64,000 nt of DNA from Eutreptiella sp. 'Long Island Sound 2002'. Taxonomy: Eukaryota > Protista > Euglenida. The stretch covers positions 10,230,001 to 10,294,000 of the forward strand of contig OZ038378.1 of the NCBI GenBank assembly GCA_964036045.1, read 5' to 3'. Below are positions 24,800 through 38,100 of this stretch, piece after piece. Position numbers and translations under genes: made by a program. The notes beneath the pieces are model-generated. The model searched no databases, was not told the origin of the DNA, and saw only the letters and a program-made list of their open reading frames with translations. Numbering within the stretch: the first letter of the stretch is position 1; each line of letters begins with the position of its first letter.

Positions 24800-26300
24800 A
24801 TAGCATGCCCAGATGTGGGAGGTCGGGGGCGTCCCTGGGAATATCGCATGGCCTGCTGCAGGCACTGCAGAGTTCCTTTTTGGGGCAGCATTGGTGAGTG
24901 AGGTGCGAGATACTGGGCTTGCGGCACCAGAACCCCTCAAAATGGAGGAAGGTGCCTTTCGTCCCAGCACCTCTCCCGTCCTTGCCGCCATTGCGGCTAC
25001 TGCTACTCCTGCTGCTGTGACTGGTGCTGCCTGTGCGTTGAGACTGCTTCTTCTTCTTCCTCTTCGTCTTCTTCTTTCATGGCCTGTGAGCGGTGTGCTT
25101 GGAAACATCATTTGCAGTTGTCTTTGCGAAGTTTAACTCTCCCAAAACAGTTGACAAACAGCACCCCCACTCCATCTCCTCCACCAACCCAAGCAGGTCG
25201 CACGAAGATGTGGCACTGGATACCGGGTGCATGACACGGTCTCCAACCACCCTTCGTGGAACACTCCACCACCACCACCACTTTCCACACCTCTCTCCAC
25301 ACCTTGCATGTGCAGCTAACCCATCCCAGGTCTGCTGCCTCGGCTGCACGTTTCACATCTGCTGCAGCGTGTCTGCCTTTGTCAATCCCATCAAAACGCT
25401 CGCGACATGTGAAACCCCCTGCATTCTTGGCCTTCCTAGTAACATCACAGTAACATAAGGAACAGCATCCGTTTGGTTTCAAGCTGTTCCCCAACAGACT
25501 ACCACAAGGTTCCGGTTTCAGGCCGGATAAGGCTCCAGGTTGTAACCCAAGGACACCTACCATGAACCCACTGGAAGAAGCAAGCAACCTTCCTCATGTC
25601 TGGGTGCACGTCGATAATTGAATTTTTCTTCAAGCTGCCTCAAATTCCACGCCCCCCTACAAAAGATGCACTTGGGGCTGCAGGACAGGGTGCAGAGGCA
25701 GTTACTGGTGGTTGTAAATCCAGTTGGAGGGCTGTATCTGGCGGGTACAGACCGGCTGAAGGGCTGTTGGGGACAGAAGCAGTGCCAGGGTTGGCCGTTA
25801 CCCAAAAGACAGGTGGGGGCATACCCTTCTAACCCCAAAGCCCTGTTAATGGAGGGCATGGTTGCAGGGCATGGCTGATGAGTGGTGTGCAGGGCAGGGC
25901 TGATAAGGGGTGCAAGACGAAATGGCACTCGGGCAGTGGCAATAGTTTGGGACGTGTAGGGCTCGACTGTGGAATAGAAGGTGCACATGAGTGATGCAGG
26001 GCAGCGCATGGCTGATATTGAGGGGAGAGCGCACGGTTGACTGTATGGCTTCCAACGGTTTATAGAAATTTCCATGACCAGAAATGATGACCCAAATATG
26101 GCCCACAGGCCCCGCATGCCCCCAACGAAACCAGCCAGCACTCTCTGGTGCAAAGACGGCCAATTTATCACTTGCAAGGTCCCATAAAAGGGTTGACTAC
26201 TGTTTGCATGGGGTTTGCATGGCTTGGCTCCTGAAACAATGCAAGCTGAGCAATCTAATCTCAATGGTTATTGAATGCAGTGTGCCTCATGCTGATGCAG
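24800..26300 (-). pseudogene. Degenerate retroelement remnant, possibly DIRS-like RT
   Basis: ARVPFRLAPLISP..RALGLEGYAPTCLLGN resembles the RT lPFGl..aP....lr..G...YlDD region. Heavily decayed. Confidence 0.25.
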
Positions 26301-27899
26301 AACAAACCGTTGGCCCGTTCCAAACACGTTGTGATGAAAATAGGCAATCTGACGGGGCTGTTGCGTAGTGTGGCGGACACCCTACCCTGCGGGGGATGGG
26401 TGGGTTGGGTGGGTGGGTCAAAGGCTGGAATGACCCGCCCCCCCCCCCCCTTCGTGGCAGGGGTGGGCTTGTCCTGGTGCTAGTGCTGGGCTTGCTAGCC
26501 TTGGGCCTCAAGGTCATTGAAATGGTGTATGTCATGTGCAGAGCAGCAAGTTCGGCCGCAACATGTTTCACAAAATATTCCTACTTCTTCTTGGCTCAAC
26601 CCTTGCTCCACCCATGGCTTTATTCAGCCTGCAGATTTGTTAGGCCCGCACATAGCAAGAGATTGAAACAATGGGTAAATCTGGACACTGCAGCACACAC
26701 CAACAAGATACATGCAAGACACATGCAAGAAAAGGCCTACGTGCCTTTGCGAGTGTTTCTGCACCATGTGTGCCCAGCGCATGCACAGCGCACGGTGCCC
26801 CCTGCTGTATCATGCATTATCTTTACCGTTATTACACCACAAACCACCAATCGGAGTGGCACAGGCACCCACTTTGCCTAAGGCTGGGTCCAGAAATTAG
26901 AGCAGCACAAGCACCCCCCACCTTGCCCAAGGATGCATCTCCCCATGGTGTACACCGAGCGTTCTGTCAAAGGGTGTTACGCACATCTCCCTTGCGGATG
27001 CAATGAACCCAGCCTGCACCAGCTCTTTTACTTGCCTCAAGGGATGACATTACTCAGTGCTCGGTTGGGCATAATCCTGTGACCGTGCCCTCTTGTGAAA
27101 AGGATGGGGATGTGGGCAGGTGTAGAGGAGAGGGCAGTGAACAGGGGAGAGCGGGCCTTTTGGGGTGGAGACCGAGGGTGGAAAGCGGCGGGCAGGGGGG
27201 GAGGATCAGAGGAGTTGTGCTAGTGGGCCAAACAGTAGCACTGAACGCGCACTGTGAGCGCACTACGCTCAAGAAGCCGTTTGTGAAGCCCAGGTGGTGA
27301 CCAACACCAGACATGGCCTACTTTGTTGGCCAATATGCACATAAAACCCCTCAATTGGATTTCATGCATGCCACCTTCAATCTTCAATATCCCATGTGCC
27401 AAAGTGCATGCTTGAATTTTGGTAGGCTGGTGTGTTTCTCTGTTGCCGTGCAGCCACTTCAAACTTTGTTACAAAACAGCTAATACAGCTTGATGGAGCC
27501 AAGCAAAGAGGTTGCTTGGCACTCATCTTCTGCTAGAACTTGGGTACTTGGCTTTTGCTTTACTTGGCACTATTGCACCTACTGCCAATGCTCCAAAGTA
27601 GAACATTGGCGGTGACATGGCGCTGTGCATTGGGTCGTGGATGAATGAATGTGGCATTGGTGTGGTGCAGAGGGGTCATAGCAAAGCACATGCACTTGTC
27701 GAGGGAAATGACATGTCATCCGAACTGGGCAAAGGGTGAGTGCGTATTGTGAACGTCCATCTGTTTTCGGGATTCCGTCGCTCGTGAGTTCATTGCTCCA
27801 CGAAAGTTCCACATAAAAAAAAGTGGGGAGGGTAAATTGTGGACCAGGCAGGCCGATCCAAAGCGGATCAGATCCCAAGAGTCCAGTCCTTTGTGCGCA

Positions 27900-28260
27900 C
27901 ACAAAAACACCGCTGATACCCCCCCCCCTCCCTCCCCCGAGTGACGAGTGACAGGTGACAGATGGATGTGCCGGCAGCCAAGGGCCGACTTGGAGGTTGG
28001 GTCAGGGGGTTGAAATTTTTTTCGTGTTCTTTGACCCATATTTGAATTCTCCACAAAAATTTGAGCATTTTGAGTATAGACACATGGGGTGAAAAAACTT
28101 TTTGTCCCCCTCCGACAGGCCAAAAAAAATTTCGGGGTCCTTCGGTGCCCCATTTTCCCCTACATCTGTGCCAAAATATGTGTCACTCTCCCCATTTGCC
28201 ATTCCCATCTGTCACTCTCCATCTGTCACTGAGTGACAGATAGCCCAACCCCCCACACCA
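27900..28260 (-). mobile_element. Copy of the same MITE-like family in reverse orientation
   Basis: aattctccacaaaaatttgagcattttgagtatagacacat is the reverse complement of the core at 5895-5935 and 32221-32260. Confidence 0.7.
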
Positions 28261-29569
28261 CGAAAAACTTTGACCTGTTCTTATGCACATCCCTGGCTGA
28301 TACACTCCGCAACACATGGTCTTCTCAGCACACTGACTGGGGGGGGGGGGGGTTGCATATTGCAGTCCTTTTTCGCTGGAACTGAGCAGCAGTCCCTCAT
28401 ACCACAGTACATCCTATGCAGCGCACACTACATGTTCAAGGGATCAGCGATTGGATCCTTTTCAGACCAGTGCAGCACAGGGTGATCAAACTGCATGCAT
28501 AGTGCATTATACGTGACAGATATGACAACATATTTGATGTGCACAGCACACCATGCGAAGGGGACCCCAAGGGGGCCTGCCACCCTCATGAGTGGGTGAA
28601 GGACAAAGTATGGTTCTGATAGTTTGTATAGTTTGTAGTTGGCTTGAAATCTCCTAGCACATGCGCCTCGCAAAACATAGTACAAAGTGCATAGCAGTAG
28701 GGCTGCAAGAAGTGCGATAGTGAAGAGTGTTGCTAATCCATGCACTGTTGCTATATTGGCCGTGGTCTGCCATGTTTTGTTCACCAGCCGCTATGATACA
28801 CCTCGCTTTACGAAATACATTTGAGTGAGGAAACACAGGGAAGGTTAAGGCTGAGTAATTTTTGTGATGGCTAGAATAAGGTGGGTCATAGTAGAAGTGA
28901 GTAATTATCCTGTTTTGCTGTACAATCAGCACAGCCAACGGGCACTCCAGCGCACCAGCCAATTACTCGCTGCCCAACCGCCTCACGCCCAGTCACTGCC
29001 TGATGGCATCGCACCAAATCACGAAATTGCATCCAATGTGCAAAAGCCTCCGTCAGCTGCTGACGTGGTGTTCCGTCATCATGTTTTTTGTAGCTGTTTT
29101 GTGCTTTTCTCTCCCAAGAATGGGTGTTGCGTCCTCCATCGGGCCTCACCAAGAACAGGATGTATCGCATCAGAGCGGCACATGCAAGCCTATTTTGCGG
29201 GTGACCTTGCGTCTGACTGCAGGTACCCACCCCGCCCCTTTTGCGGCACGCTACTAGTGCCTCAGGTCCTGGTGTCTGTCGTCCCCCCTTTGCGACTTTT
29301 GTGGACACAATTCAGACAATTCAGACAAGAGCATTCCACACTCTGTGTTGCATCTACCCCAAGTCTGAAGCGTGAATAAGTGTCATTGAATGAATGGGCC
29401 AAAGGGTGTTGTTATTTGTTATTCGAAATGGTTTTGGAGGATTTCCCCTTGGGTCATGGTGGTGTGCCTCGGCATGCACAGGCTTCGAAAAAGCAATCAA
29501 TCATTGGTCACCTCCCTCCTCCCTAGCCTAGGTGTAGGGCTCGCAACCATTGTACAGCCTGCAATCCCT

Positions 29570-29635
29570 CCATAGGAATCGAACCTGAATTTCCTGGACA
29601 CACGGCAAGCGCACTGACCCCTGGATCACTGCCAC
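29570..29635 (-). pseudogene. tRNA-like remnant (possible SINE head)
   Basis: - strand B box GGTTCGATTCC preceded by a degenerate D/anticodon region. Confidence 0.35.
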
Positions 29636-29899
29636 TTCTTCAGCCAGTTAGGAGCGGAGAGGAGGTTAAGTGGAGTGGCAAAGGGGGCGCACTTAGCGTA
29701 GTGCGCTATTTTGGGCGTGTGGCTGTACTAGAGACCCATACTTTGTGATACTACAGGGGCATCTTTGTTGTTTTAGAGTAGGTTTTGATACTTCTTCCAC
29801 ATGGCATTTTTGGGTTTTCACCTAGTTTCACCCATTTCCACCTTTTTTCACACTTTTTTGCTCATTTCCACCACATCCACTCTTTCCCAGGTTGATTTC

Positions 29900-31000
29900 T
29901 CCCCACCATGGGACCTTGAGAAGGCAGAGGTGATGTATCCATGTTGTTTTCCCCCCATCATGGGGACCCCGAGCAGGCATGGCTGATGTTGGACCTCAGG
30001 ATCATGATCAAGGCTAAGGGACAATGCAGCATCCTCTCCAAGTGCTGTATCATGTCCAAGTACTGTAATCGAAGGTGACCTCACGGGCTTGATCAACGCC
30101 AAGGATTTCGTGCTAGCCCAGACGTACCATGCCGTCATCCCGAGACGGATAGGCAGCGGGGCTATGCTAGACGGCCATACCCAGCACCCCCGGGTCCATC
30201 GTCCCACCCCCATTCGTGGAAGATGGACCACCTCCCGCCCCCACTGAAGGAGGTCCTCCCAGGGTCTAGGGTCTACAGTGGGACATGCTCCTGAGGCAGG
30301 GGTGATATAAGGGCGTTTGGAAGGGTGTGCTTGGGGAATCTTCAGAGGGAACCTGGTCTAAAAAGTAGCGCGCAGTGCAAAGGGCGCCCCCAAAGTTGCT
30401 CATGAGGTTGCCCAACAATCGACAGCATTGGCTAGTGCAAGAGCTCCCCAATCTTGGCAGATGCCTAGGCCACAACACCGAATCGTGGGATCCCAAGACT
30501 GAGGTTGGGTGTTGTCCACCGATGTCCCAAGATTGTGGGTCGAGTGTAAGAACAGCGTTGTTTGAGCGTAGGGTCGCCGGCTGACCTTTCCTTTCCCTGA
30601 CTTCGGGGGGTACATCCTCCCGGCAAGCACACAGCAAACCTCTCTGCCTGTGAACTATATTACAGCTATTGCCCTTCGACTCCCTTCCATTCCTATTCCC
30701 AGCCCCCCACCCCCTCACCACTGCTTTCCTCTGCCCCCTCTTTGGCTACCCCTGACCTCTTTTCGCTGGTTGAGGTGGAAGGCTGTCTGGTGTGCCTTTG
30801 CATCCAAGTGGACGGGGGCAATCGTCGACTGACGTCCCAAGATTGTGGGGAGGTTGCCAGACTGCTTTGTAGGGTACTCCAACTCTGCACATCCTTGTCT
30901 TAGGTAGTGGCGCTCAGAACACTGACAGACACACGTCCCATTTCACTTTGCTGGAGAGCCTGAGTCTGGATTTGAGCCGGAACACTTGAAACAGAAGGAG
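29900..31000 (-). pseudogene. Degenerate retroelement remnant, possibly DIRS-like RT/RNase H connection
   Basis: RLLGNLMSNFGGALCTARYFLDQV resembles the DIRS l.G.l.......r.flr.l segment. Many stops. Confidence 0.2.
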
Positions 31001-32070
31001 TGGTGTTGCGTCCGACAAAACCAGAACAAGGTATAGTCATGTTTGACCCGCCTTGCCATGTGCCACCCTGCCCCATCTTGTCGCATGCTATACCTTCCCC
31101 CTCTCCTTTCCCTTTGCTAACCCCCACCTCCACCCCAGCCCCAAGCTGTAGAAGAGACGAAGAAGGGGTGTGACTGAGGGTTACTCAAGGCGCCGAGGAT
31201 CCGCAAGCCGCTTGGGATCTTACGCACATGTGTATCCCCTGCCTTGTCCAAGCCGCCTTGTCTATGGGGGTGTGGCTTGCACAATGCCAGCATCAGGGCA
31301 TTTTGGAGCATCAAATAGCAAGTAGTCATACCTCTTGGGGACAGTTGAAGGCGCCAAGGTGTTTGCAATACAAACATTTTGTCCCAAACCCTCCTGACTG
31401 ACGCTATCCAAGGGGCTTTCCAACTCCTCCCCACTGAGGGCCCCCCAACACAGCAATGGCTATGTTGCCACACTTATGTCCCCACTCATCCGCACCGCTT
31501 TGGGGATCCCCATGCGGCAGGCGTCATGTAGCCACAACTCCTCCCGACCAGGTACGTCAGGTATTATGCAGCGACCAAGGGTCATGCAGCGGCACAGGAC
31601 CAACGGGGGCATGGGAAGAGGAGCAGCAGCAGTACAACACGTGAAATATGTGAAATTAGCAATGCAGAAGAAGCACGACGCTGCGATTTGGTAAGGACAC
31701 AGAAAACGTTCCAACATCCCGCATTTTGCCGGAACAATTACATCATTGCCTCGGTGCTACCCTGTTTCGGATAAGGAAGACCACCTAAAGACAGGGTTCA
31801 GGGTTGCATGAGATACACACCGTTGGCTGCGTGGTCGGGGCTTGTGGTTTGGACTTTTCTGGTTCTGCGGTGCCAGACTGGGTCAGCCGTGCTTGTGCCT
31901 AGGTAGGGCCTTTTGGTGAAATCGGCCAACACGCTGTGCTGGTGTTGACCGGGGGATATTTTTGCACTTGGGGCCTACACACGTGGACTGCACGGGTGAA
32001 CAACAATACCATCAGTCAAAACAGGTTTGTCTGCAGACAGGGGGGACTTTTTGCGCTTTTCCCAAGGTGT

Positions 32071-32567
32071 GCGGCCTGTTTGAATTCCAGACCCCCCCCC
32101 CCCCTCCAGACCCCCCCTAAGTTTTCGAACCCGTCTTTTTCCGTTTTGAGATTTTGGGGGAAAGGGTCGGCGGGAAAATTTTTTTTTGCCCTTCCTGAGG
32201 GGGAATTTTTTTTCCCCCCTATGTGTCTATACTCAAAATACCCAGAATTTTGTGGAGAATTCAAAAATGTTTGAAAAACACAGAAAAATTTTTGACCCCT
32301 GACCTGACCTCCGGGTCTGACCTTGGCTGATGGGAGCCTGAGCTAATGGGCAAATTGTTTCTGAAAATTTTTTTTACTCCATTTGTGTATGTTCAAAATG
32401 ATCAGCGCGTCATGGGGATCATTTTGAGGCATGTATGTTGGGGTACCCACTGAACCCCCCTCTAGGGACCCCGGCGGCTGACCGGCCGACCCACCTACCC
32501 CCCCCCCCCCCTCCAGGCCCCCAGAAGTTTTCGCACCCGGTTGGGGTCTAGAATTTCAACAGGCTGC
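32071..32567 (+). mobile_element. Uninterrupted MITE-like element
   Basis: Imperfect TIR gcggcctgtttgaattccagaccc / gggtctagaatttcaacaggctgc. Body matches 5732-6020 + 11531-11782. Confidence 0.7.
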
Positions 32568-34304
32568 CCCCCTTGGCTTTTCCTCCACTGCTCTACCGTT
32601 TATGTACAGATATGTGGAGATCATGGACTTCCAGCAGTTCCATATCATGACTAAGGCATAGTGCAATGGAGGAGCACCTGCAGCGTGATCGTGACAGAGA
32701 TGGTGCCGAGATTTTGCGGCTGGCAAAGTGATCCAGAACAGCGACTCTCCGGTGGTAAATGTGAGCTGCAAAACCCGCAAATACAGACCACTGCCTGATT
32801 TGCAGCAGAATATGGGTCGCTGGGGCTGTCGTGTGCCCTTTTCACCCCATATCTTCGTGGGCGGGCCGTGGTGTTCCGACGTCCAAACTGCCGGTTTTAT
32901 TTTCATTTGTTTTACCCAGACTCTCCCAAACGTCCAGCAGGTCTTTCAGGTTCTTCGTCTCAGATCCACTCATTGGTTCCCTCAAGGGCTCGCCCCGTCC
33001 CCAAATGTGACACATCTTATCTCAATACGTTGCATACCCCTCCCAGCCCCAAACATACAACACCTTCGCTTAGCTCACTTCAATCAGCCCCCCCCCCCCA
33101 GTCAGGACAGCAATTGGCATTGTGTCACAGTCCCTTCAAACACCTCTGGTGGCATGGCCAAAGTGACGCCTTTCCTGAAATAATGAAAGACACACAGTTC
33201 GTAGTGAGATAGACACAGAGCAAATAGCAAAGGTGTGGCATGCTCAAAATGACCATTAATTGGCTTTCAGATGTCTCTGCCAACTGAGAAACAGGCTCAG
33301 TCTTCCACTTTTTTGCCGAGATGATTTCACTTTAAAGATCATGCTCAACAGGGGCTGGGATGAGCTCTCCCATGTAGGTTGCATGTAGGTTGGTCTGCAG
33401 ACTTGGCTGCCACTTTGGCAGAGGGTTTGATTGCAACCTGTTTGACATTGGAGAGGCAGCAGGCGCTCTGTGGGCGTGCCACATCAGGCCATCTGAGACA
33501 TCAAACATGTGACTATCAGAACTTGTACTGGACGAGAAGTATGGTACGTGTCAATGTAACCGACGCCCATGGTGCACGTTGCGTATACGGAAGGGTTCTG
33601 CATAAAACATGGGGCAATGGATTGCCATGGATGTACAAGTGGCATTTATAACACAGCCCCCTTTGCACAGTCCACTGGGGGGGGGGGGCGGGGGGGCACC
33701 ATCACTTGTCCAAAAAGTGCACGGCGCCAAAGGCGACGAAGAAAAATTTCCTCCAGTTACAATGTAGTTGTAGTGGAAAGGTCAGGTTTGGGCCCTAGCA
33801 CATAGTCCCCTTGGGGAGGGGGGCAAATGGAGGAAGGGGGTGGATAATCATTGTGTGTATTCTCCACCCGTGATGGCCGTACAAGAATGTTTGTCTTTTG
33901 GCGCCCAGCGCACCATCCTCGTGGCCGCGGAGTACTGCAGTGTGGTGTCGAAAGTGCCTTGCAATTTGTGCTGGTCACAGGAGGGTGACAAGAGTGCTGG
34001 CCACTTGCATCTGAACTCCATGGAACTCGCTGTTTGTCACAGTGGAAGGTGCACACATGCAACTGCCCGCGAAACACCAAAGAATGACTTGCATGTGGGT
34101 CACATGTAAGCGCAGCATGCATGGGCTGTGTGGGCCAATGTATTCTGGTGTCTTGGCCTGTGACATTTTGGGTGCCTTTTATGTGTGCAAATGCTGTTTC
34201 AAATTTGGAAATTGATGAAGCACGCAAAAAAAATCTCAAGCAGATCACCAGTGACAACGTCATATGTGCCTTGAGCTTGGGTCTAGAGGACACAGGCTCC
34301 ACCA

Positions 34305-34397
34305 CACAACCACACCACAACACAACGTAACGCAACACAACACAGCACAACACAACACAACGTAACGCAACACAACACAGCACAACACAACACAATA
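34305..34397. repeat. Pentamer repeat (CACAA/CGTAA)
   Basis: Directly visible. Confidence 0.85.
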
Positions 34398-35518
34398 CTC
34401 TGCACCCTGTCCACCGCACGCCCTGCACGCCTTGCTCTGCAAACCAAGCACTATGTACACTGTACATCTTGCGCCACATCGAGGATGATTGCTGATCAAG
34501 CCCCACGTCCAAAAAAAATACGGGTTGCGCGAGCCGCACTACAACGACATGTTTAGGAAGAAATCCTGACAGAGCCTGATGGAAGGAGGAAGTGGTCGAC
34601 GCAGAGAGGGCTGGATAAAATTTCTGAAAGATGACTGAGGCAGAAGTGTGCCGAAAGAGACGGCTGGGGCTGCAGGGGACGTAGAACGCCCGCCCATGTG
34701 GCAGCCTGCGGAGGGCACTTGGCCTCCTCCCATGAACGTGCACCACACAAGCCTTAAACAAATTGTTCAGTTGTCATGGCAGACGGCACCGTTGACGGTT
34801 GGCTGACCCCCCTGCAGCGCGGCGGGGAGCGTGAACCAACGGTCAACAAATGGCAATGCAATTCCATCGCAGAACCCTCCAAATACCCCCCAGAAGTGAC
34901 AATAATGCAGACATACCCAACGTGATCACCACATGTTTGCTGTGCATTTCGAGCTCCGCAACACGTCACGCCCCACCTTCCCCCCCCCTTTACTCTCAAG
35001 AGAGTAATGGGGGGTCAAGAGAGTAGTGGTCTACCACCTTTTGGACCCATTGCAGGTGATGGGGCACCACTTTGTATCCCCCCTTTCTGCCCATTTGACG
35101 CCATGAGCACCCTTGGTGACCGTGGTTTGGGCACAATGGCCCAATGGCGCAAACGGGACCCAAAAATGACCAATTTTCTTTTGAGGATTTCGGCTTCTTT
35201 TGACCGCTTTGCACACGATGTCCTGCCTCCAGGACCATCGTGATGAATGATGATGAGCCGCACTGGTAGACAGCCTCCTGCGCATGTCCCATGGGCACTT
35301 TGTACGCTGTGTTCGTCCATCAACTCTTCTGTGCCCCGTGTGCAGAGTGCGTGCAGAGTGTGTCATCACGTCGCAGATGCTGTTTGGATCTGTTCCCATG
35401 GATCATGGGTTGTCGATCGGCGGAACACAAGCAGCGGATGCCGGGTACCTGCGCCCCCCCAGACCCTCCCGACAGCACAACTCTCAGGCCTTTTGGGCGT
35501 GGCCCCCCGTCGCCTGAG

Positions 35519-36823
35519 ATGGCCCCTGCCGCCCAGGGCACGTGCAGTCTGGAGCTCGCATGGTCGCTTCTCGACGCGCAGTTGTGCGCCACAGCGGCGC
35601 TCTGGAACGTGGAGCCCTTCAAACACGTCGCGGACGACGGCCACCAGTGGACACATGAGCACCACCGCACGGCGCTGGAACTGACCGATGCAGAGGCCGC
35701 CACGGCCGCCATTGACGAGGCCGCGCTTGAGGCCTGGATCCCGGAGCTCCGCGATATCCGCCGGATCGCCGAGTCGATCGTCGTGCGCGCGGGGGCTACG
35801 CCCGTGGGGCCGCCGTGCGGGGGCGGGCGCGCCGCGACGGGCGTTCCGGGGCGGAAGCTGGAGCAGATCGCGGCCTTTGCGTCGCACGTGCCCCGAACGG
35901 AGACGGTGGTCGACTGGTGCTCCGGGAAGGGCCACTTGGCGCGATGGCTGGCCCAGTGCGGCCGCTGCCGCGCCGTCCGCTGCCTCGAGCGCGACCCCGC
36001 CCTCGTGCGCGCCGGCCGCGGGCTCGCCGCCGCCCTCCCGATCGAGTTCGCGGAGGTCGACGTGCTCGCGTCGGCCGAGCCGCTGCCGGTGCACTTCCGC
36101 GACGGCGCCGCAGAACTGACGCACACGGCGCTGCACGCGTGCGGGGACCTGCACCGGCAGGCGCTGCGCTGCGCCGCGTCCACGGGGGCCCTCCGCGTCG
36201 TTCTTGCCCCGTGCTGCTACCACAAGCACAAGCCGCCCGACGGCTGCTCGTCCGCGTATCGGCCGCTCTCCGCCGCGGCGTCCGCGGGGTCGCGGCTGCT
36301 GCCGCTGCTGAGCCGCTCGGCGCTGCACTTTGTAACCGCCGCGACCGTCATCGCGGGCCGTCGCTGCGTCGCCCTCCGTGAGCGTGAGCAGCAGCTGCGC
36401 CTCGCGTTCGACGTGTGGCAGCGCCGAGTGCGGGGCGGCGGCGGCGGCGGCGGCGTCCCGTACCTCAGTGCCCCGTCCGCCCCCGAGAGTCTGCTCCGGC
36501 GTGGCACGTTCCGTGAGTTCTGTGAGTTCATCGTCGGCGCCCCCGGTCACACGTCGGAACTGCGCGCAGAGCTGCGCCCGGCGCTGGACCGGCTGACGGA
36601 CGCCGAGGCGGAGGAGTGCATGTCGCGTGGCGAAGAGCTCCGACACTGCGTGACGCGGCTGGAGCTCGTGCGCCGGGGATTCCGACGGCCCCTTGAGCTC
36701 TGGTTTGTGCTGGACCTGTGCCTCTTCCTGCGGGAGCAGGGCTACGCCGTGGAGGTGCGCATCCTATGCGACCCCTCGGTCACGCCACGCAATCTTTTGG
36801 TGTGGGCGGAGCGTGTGCTCTGA
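35519..36823 (+). CDS. Intronless SAM-dependent methyltransferase (Methyltransf_32-like), 434 aa
   Basis: Motif I VVDWCSGKGHLARWL, post-I CLERDP, LHACGDLH, APCCYHK, C-terminal RRPLELWFVLD..EQGY..TPRNLL. Strong GC bias. AG immediately before the ATG (cctgAGATG). Confidence 0.88.
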   Translation: MAPAAQGTCSLELAWSLLDAQLCATAALWNVEPFKHVADDGHQWTHEHHRTALELTDAEAATAAIDEAALEAWIPELRDIRRIAESIVVRAGATPVGPPCGGGRAATGVPGRKLEQIAAFASHVPRTETVVDWCSGKGHLARWLAQCGRCRAVRCLERDPALVRAGRGLAAALPIEFAEVDVLASAEPLPVHFRDGAAELTHTALHACGDLHRQALRCAASTGALRVVLAPCCYHKHKPPDGCSSAYRPLSAAASAGSRLLPLLSRSALHFVTAATVIAGRRCVALREREQQLRLAFDVWQRRVRGGGGGGGVPYLSAPSAPESLLRRGTFREFCEFIVGAPGHTSELRAELRPALDRLTDAEAEECMSRGEELRHCVTRLELVRRGFRRPLELWFVLDLCLFLREQGYAVEVRILCDPSVTPRNLLVWAERVL

Positions 36824-37036
36824 GCGCGTGTTTCGCTGTGCAGCGTGGCATGCACAGCCTCTCCCCGAACGGTGGGGGTCTCCCAGGGCCCCAATCTTGG
36901 CAAGCACAACACTGCCCTCCGAACTGTTGAAAGACACTACCGGCCGGTCGCATGTCACTGTGATCAACATCTGGTATGGACCAAAAAATCTCCCGTTGTT
37001 AACTAAAAAAAAATCCCCAAAAGGTGTGGCAACCTG

Positions 37037-37440
37037 AAAATTGCTCTGCGGGGGGGGGGGGGGGGGGCGACATGAACGCCCGCCGAAGGAGGAGGGGGGG
37101 GGGTTGGAGAAATGGGGTTCCGTGTCGGGCCCTTTGTTTTGTGTAAGAACGGATGTTGGCGCCAAACGCACAGGAACACAAAATTTGGCCCGAAAAAGTT
37201 TTTTCCACCAATAATTCCCCCCCCCCCCCCCCCACATTTGAGTAGTCAAAATGATCAGCGCGACGTGGGTATCATTTTGAGCCATAGATGTTGGGTTGAC
37301 CCCCCCCCCCCGGCACGGCAGGTCGGGCGCCCCCGCCCTGAACCCCCCCTCCCGTCACGGCGGCCAAGGAGGGAGGGGGGGGGGTTGGGAAAATGGGCCT
37401 CCGTGTCACCACCCCCCCCCCCCCCGCAGAGCAATTTTCT
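37037..37440. mobile_element. Inverted-repeat-bounded MITE-like element
   Basis: gaaaattgctctgc(G)n / (C)ngcagagcaattttc. Internal caaaatgatcagcgcg..atcattttgag motif shared with the 32071 family. Confidence 0.55.
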
Positions 37441-37589
37441 TCCCGCCTGTTTTTTTTTTTTTTGGTAAGGTTAGGGTTCGGTTTTTTTTGGTTTTTGGTC
37501 AGGAAAGGGTTTACTTTTTGTAATTTTTTTGGGGGGGTTTCTGGTAAAGCCCAGGGTTATGAGCCGTATTTGCCCCCCCCCCCCCCTGA

Positions 37590-37925
37590 CAAGGTAGGGG
37601 TTATGCAGCCCCTTTCGTTTCTTTCTGCTCTGGAGACCCCAAGAATGCAAGGGCCATGTAGCCACTTTGATTCCAGCCCCGCTTTGCAGATCCCCAAGAA
37701 TGTAGGGGCTGCATAGCCACTTTGATTCCCTCCCCATGTTGGGGCCCCCCCAGACGGCAAGGGTCATGTAGCCACTCTGCCCACATTTCGGCCCCCAAGA
37801 TGGCAGGGGCTATGTAGCCACTTTGCCCACATTTGGGGCCCCAAGACAGCAGGGTTCATGCTGCCACTTCGACTTCCTCGCCATTTGGGCCCCGAAGACG
37901 GCAGGTTTATGTAGCCACTTTGCCC
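37590..37925. repeat. Diverged ~46-bp tandem repeat related to the 85-bp unit
   Basis: gtagccac(t)ttgcccac anchors at 37768, 37814 and 37860, period 46. Confidence 0.7.
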
Positions 37926-38100
37926 ATCCTCACCAAAAAAAAAACCCGTTTCATCACCAAAAAACCCTATCCCCCCCCCCCCAATCTTACCGAAAAACCT
38001 GCCAGACCCCCCAAGTGTTTGGACAACCCTGTAACACACATACCAAGAACCATTGGTCCTCACATAGTTGAACAACAAACACAAAGCACCAAAACATGTA

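Noticed and set aside
35320-36646. Long antisense and alternative-frame ORFs over the methyltransferase (also over RRM exons 1 and 4)
   Set aside because: Shadow ORFs caused by high GC. The sense frame carries all the conserved motifs.
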